NCBI GenBank assembly: GCA_964013405.1
Contig: CAXGWI010000010.1
Coordinates: forward strand, 1-49,167
DNA length: 49,167 bases
Origin: an uncultured Myxococcales bacterium
GTDB lineage: Bacteria > Myxococcota > UBA4151
Direction: 5' to 3'
The notes under the pieces were generated by a model. That model saw nothing but the letters and a program-made list of their open reading frames with translations, ran no database searches and was not told the DNA's origin. Positions 46,704-49,167 of this stretch are shown in pieces. How positions within the stretch are numbered: the first letter of the stretch is position 1; every line of letters begins with the position of its first letter. Made by a program: the position numbers and the translations under genes.

Positions 46704-48370
46704 AACGTCTTCTTGTCCCCCTCGTGCTGTTGCTCTGTTTCCAGGCCTGCGAGCCCGCCCGGGAACTGTCGAATTGCAATCTCGATGGGGTCGTCGATCC
46801 CGGCGAGGAGTGCGACGATGGTAATGCGGACGCGACTGATGATTGCACGAACACCTGTCACACCGCCCGTTGTGGCGATGGGGTTTTGCGCATTGATCGT
46901 CTCCCCGGCGAGCCGGGATTTGAAGCCTGTGAAATCGGTGAGGAACTCGATGGCGTTCGCTGCAGCTCCTGTTCTTTTGGGCGCTGTGGCGATGGGGTCG
47001 TCACCGAAGGTGAAGCCTGCGACGACGGCAACGAGATCAGTGAGGATTCTTGTATCAGTTGCCGGCGCGCGGCCTGCGGCGACGAGGTGGTTCGACAGGA
47101 TGTCCCCGAGGGTGAGCCGGGCTTTGAGCGTTGCGATGATGGCAATGACGATGAAGAAGACGGCTGCACAAGCCGTTGCGAGCCCCCTCGATGTGGTGAC
47201 GGGCTCCTTCGGGCCGATCGGGATCCCGGCGAGCGGGGTTATGAGGCCTGCGATGATGGTAACGATGACAACACTGACAACTGCCTCGATGATTGCCGGG
47301 CGGCAGCCTGTGGCGATGGTTTTCATCGGCTAGACCTCGATCCGGAGGATGAAGGCTACGAGTCCTGCGACGACGGTAACTTGGATAATCTCGATGCCTG
47401 TACGGAGGGATGTCACTCAGCCCGTTGTGGTGATGGCTTCCTAAGGCAGGACCTTGAGCCAGGTAGCGAGGGTTATGAGGCCTGTGACGACGGCAACACC
47501 GACGATGACGATGGCTGCTCTGCGGACTGCTCGGAGTTGCGTGCGAATTGTGGCGATGGGATTCTAGAGGTCCCGGCGGAGGCTTGTGATGATGGGAATC
47601 GCTTCGGCGGTGATGATTGCAGCGCAGACTGCCGTCAGGATCTGACAGAAGTTGCCCTCGAAGGGGGCTGTTTTGATCAGGGATCACCCACTGGAAGTGG
47701 TAATGATACGCCGGCCCATCGAGTCTGCCTGAGCACCTATTTCTTGTCGCGCAAGGAAGTGACTCGGCGTCGATATCGTCAGTATTTGGCGGCGGCCGAA
47801 GGGCTTGCAGCGCCCGAAGGTTGGTCTGAGTCCCCGGACCACCGAGAGGACCAACCCATCGTTCGGGTGACCTACGATGAGGCCCAGGCTTACTGTCGTT
47901 ACTTTGGTAAACGCTTGCCGACGGAGTCCGAGTGGGAGTTTGCCGCCCGCGGTGGGACCTTGGGGCTAAGCTACCCCTGGGGTGACCAACCGGTGCCCGA
48001 TTGTGAGCGGGTGGCAAAGACCAGTCGCAGCGGTGAAGCCAATCCGGAGGCCTGTGTGCCCCGGCAGGATAATATTTATCAGTGGTTCGAACCCTGCACC
48101 CGTCCTGACGGGAACAGCATCCATCAGCCCGGTCTCTGTGATCTCATCGGCAATGTCCGGGAGTGGGTGGCCGATTTGTACAGCTCCTCGACCTACAGCG
48201 CTCGGGGGGCGGAAACTCAAAACCCCGTCTACGAAGCCAGCGGCAGCAACCGGGTGATTCGAGGTAAAATCGGCACCGCTTGGAAGCGGGATAATGGCAA
48301 CCCAGCAACCCCCCGCAACGATGTGGGCTTTCGCTGTGCGCGAGGTGGCGATCCGACGCCTGAAGAGTAA
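46700..48370 (+). CDS. Lipoprotein with myxobacterial Cys-rich repeats (DUF4215-like) and C-terminal FGE-sulfatase (CLec-fold) domain
   Basis: Lipobox FQAC, CGDG...E.CDDGN....D.C...C repeats, and FGE motifs P.HRV, EVT, RLPTESEWEFAARG, YPWG, DLIGNVREWV and GFRCAR. Confidence 0.9.
   Translation: MKRLLVPLVLLLCFQACEPARELSNCNLDGVVDPGEECDDGNADATDDCTNTCHTARCGDGVLRIDRLPGEPGFEACEIGEELDGVRCSSCSFGRCGDGVVTEGEACDDGNEISEDSCISCRRAACGDEVVRQDVPEGEPGFERCDDGNDDEEDGCTSRCEPPRCGDGLLRADRDPGERGYEACDDGNDDNTDNCLDDCRAAACGDGFHRLDLDPEDEGYESCDDGNLDNLDACTEGCHSARCGDGFLRQDLEPGSEGYEACDDGNTDDDDGCSADCSELRANCGDGILEVPAEACDDGNRFGGDDCSADCRQDLTEVALEGGCFDQGSPTGSGNDTPAHRVCLSTYFLSRKEVTRRRYRQYLAAAEGLAAPEGWSESPDHREDQPIVRVTYDEAQAYCRYFGKRLPTESEWEFAARGGTLGLSYPWGDQPVPDCERVAKTSRSGEANPEACVPRQDNIYQWFEPCTRPDGNSIHQPGLCDLIGNVREWVADLYSSSTYSARGAETQNPVYEASGSNRVIRGKIGTAWKRDNGNPATPRNDVGFRCARGGDPTPEE
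47075..47542 (+). repeat. Four in-frame tandem 117-bp (39-aa) Cys/Asp-rich repeat units
   Basis: CGD codons start at 47075, 47192, 47309 and 47426 (exact 117-bp period). Further degenerate units flank them. Confidence 0.85.
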
Positions 48371-48382
48371 GGGCCCCGGGGG

Positions 48383-49165
48383 CTAGCTCCGCTCGTGCCC
48401 GGTGAACTTCACGTAGGCAAAATCCAGATCCTGGTTGTTGATCCCTCGCTTGGGCGGTGCGATCCAGTTGGCAAATTGCCCCGGCTCGGTGACGCACTCC
48501 ATGAGACTCGCGACATAAGCCCGGTCATCGGGCGTGGCGATCCACTCATCTTCCCGGGCCCGCCACTCGGTCTCATCCATCAAGTCGCCTTCTGGCGAGA
48601 AAAAGTGGTCTGCGTACTCACCTTGATGGCGATGAAAGCGGCGGTTCGGCAGGCTAAAGCGGTAATTGAGTCCTGCTTTTTTCAACTCCCGGTTCCATTT
48701 CGCCAAGGCTTTCTCGCAGTCTGCGATGTAGCTGTCCCGAAGGCTTTCATTCATGGCTTTGCGTAGAGGGACCTCTTCGTTGATCAACATGCCGTTGCGC
48801 ACCACAGGGATGGCTCGGCCGGCGTCGAGGGCTTGGTGATCATCATGCTTACGGCTTTCATCCCAGCGGGCTTTTAAACTTTGGGCGAAGAAGGTGGCGG
48901 CGTTCGAGCTCACCTCACTGCCAAAGAGATCGAGGGAGAGGCTGTACCAACGGTTGATATAACGCTGAATGAGATCGAGGGGGATGCCGCCGAGGGGGCG
49001 GACGTTGGCGTCGTCATCGCCGGCCATGAGCTCGGCAGTTCGACGAATGACGCGCTCGACGCCGGTTTGTCCCACGAAGAGGTGATGGGCTTCTTCGGTC
49101 AGCATGAACCGAGTGGTTCGGGCCAAGGGGGAGAAGCCGCTCTCGGCCAGGGCCCCTAGTTGGTA
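48383..49165 (-). CDS. boxB: Benzoyl-CoA 2,3-epoxidase subunit B, 5' partial
   Basis: Frame is open to the window end: YQLGALAESGFSPLARTTRFMLTEEAHHLFVG (di-iron ExxH). Also SLDLFGSEVSSNAA and PGQFANWIAPP.RGIN. Confidence 0.93.
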   Translation of the reverse strand, partial: YQLGALAESGFSPLARTTRFMLTEEAHHLFVGQTGVERVIRRTAELMAGDDDANVRPLGGIPLDLIQRYINRWYSLSLDLFGSEVSSNAATFFAQSLKARWDESRKHDDHQALDAGRAIPVVRNGMLINEEVPLRKAMNESLRDSYIADCEKALAKWNRELKKAGLNYRFSLPNRRFHRHQGEYADHFFSPEGDLMDETEWRAREDEWIATPDDRAYVASLMECVTEPGQFANWIAPPKRGINNQDLDFAYVKFTGHERS

Positions 49166-49167
49166 CT

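Noticed and set aside
47075..47542. CRISPR-like periodic array
   Set aside because: The period is 117 bp, in frame and protein-coding with synonymous divergence. There are no identical repeats with unique spacers and no cas genes.
46700..48370. Diversity-generating retroelement
   Set aside because: A CLec/FGE target-like domain is present, but no reverse transcriptase, template repeat or avd-like gene is visible in the window.

Overview
GC-rich (roughly 60-65% by eye), very gene-dense chromosomal segment, most consistent with a Myxococcota-like bacterium. The evidence is a MYXO-CTERM sorting tail, myxobacterial Cys-rich repeats, AglZ/FrzS-like and FrgA-like proteins, and a DUF4388 regulator. 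About 38 CDS, with no mobile element, CRISPR array, rRNA or tRNA visible. In order: peptide ABC transporter (SBP plus 2 permeases) with nagZ; a DUF4175/peptidase-MA/MoxR/DUF58/BatA operon divergent from an ECF sigma/anti-sigma/accessory trio; a long minus-strand block (AglZ-like coiled coil, RNase Y-like, REC-HD-GYP, barrel, GT39, cNMP protein); FrgA-like; HAD-like/ribF/aroE/DUF3108; a lid-less Hsp70 with a J protein; DUF4388 regulator and lolA; a cluster of secreted Cys-rich proteins (S8 protease, lipoprotein, PEGA, DUF4215-FGE); and partial boxB. The most notable observations are (1) an unannotated ~180-nt + strand structured RNA candidate with its own intrinsic terminator in the only large intergenic gap (32616-32797), (2) an 8-Cys module grafted into the peptide-binding protein, and (3) an RNase Y-like gene with a degenerate KH domain, translationally coupled to a giant AglZ-like coiled coil. 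All family assignments come from motif recognition by eye; no searches were run.
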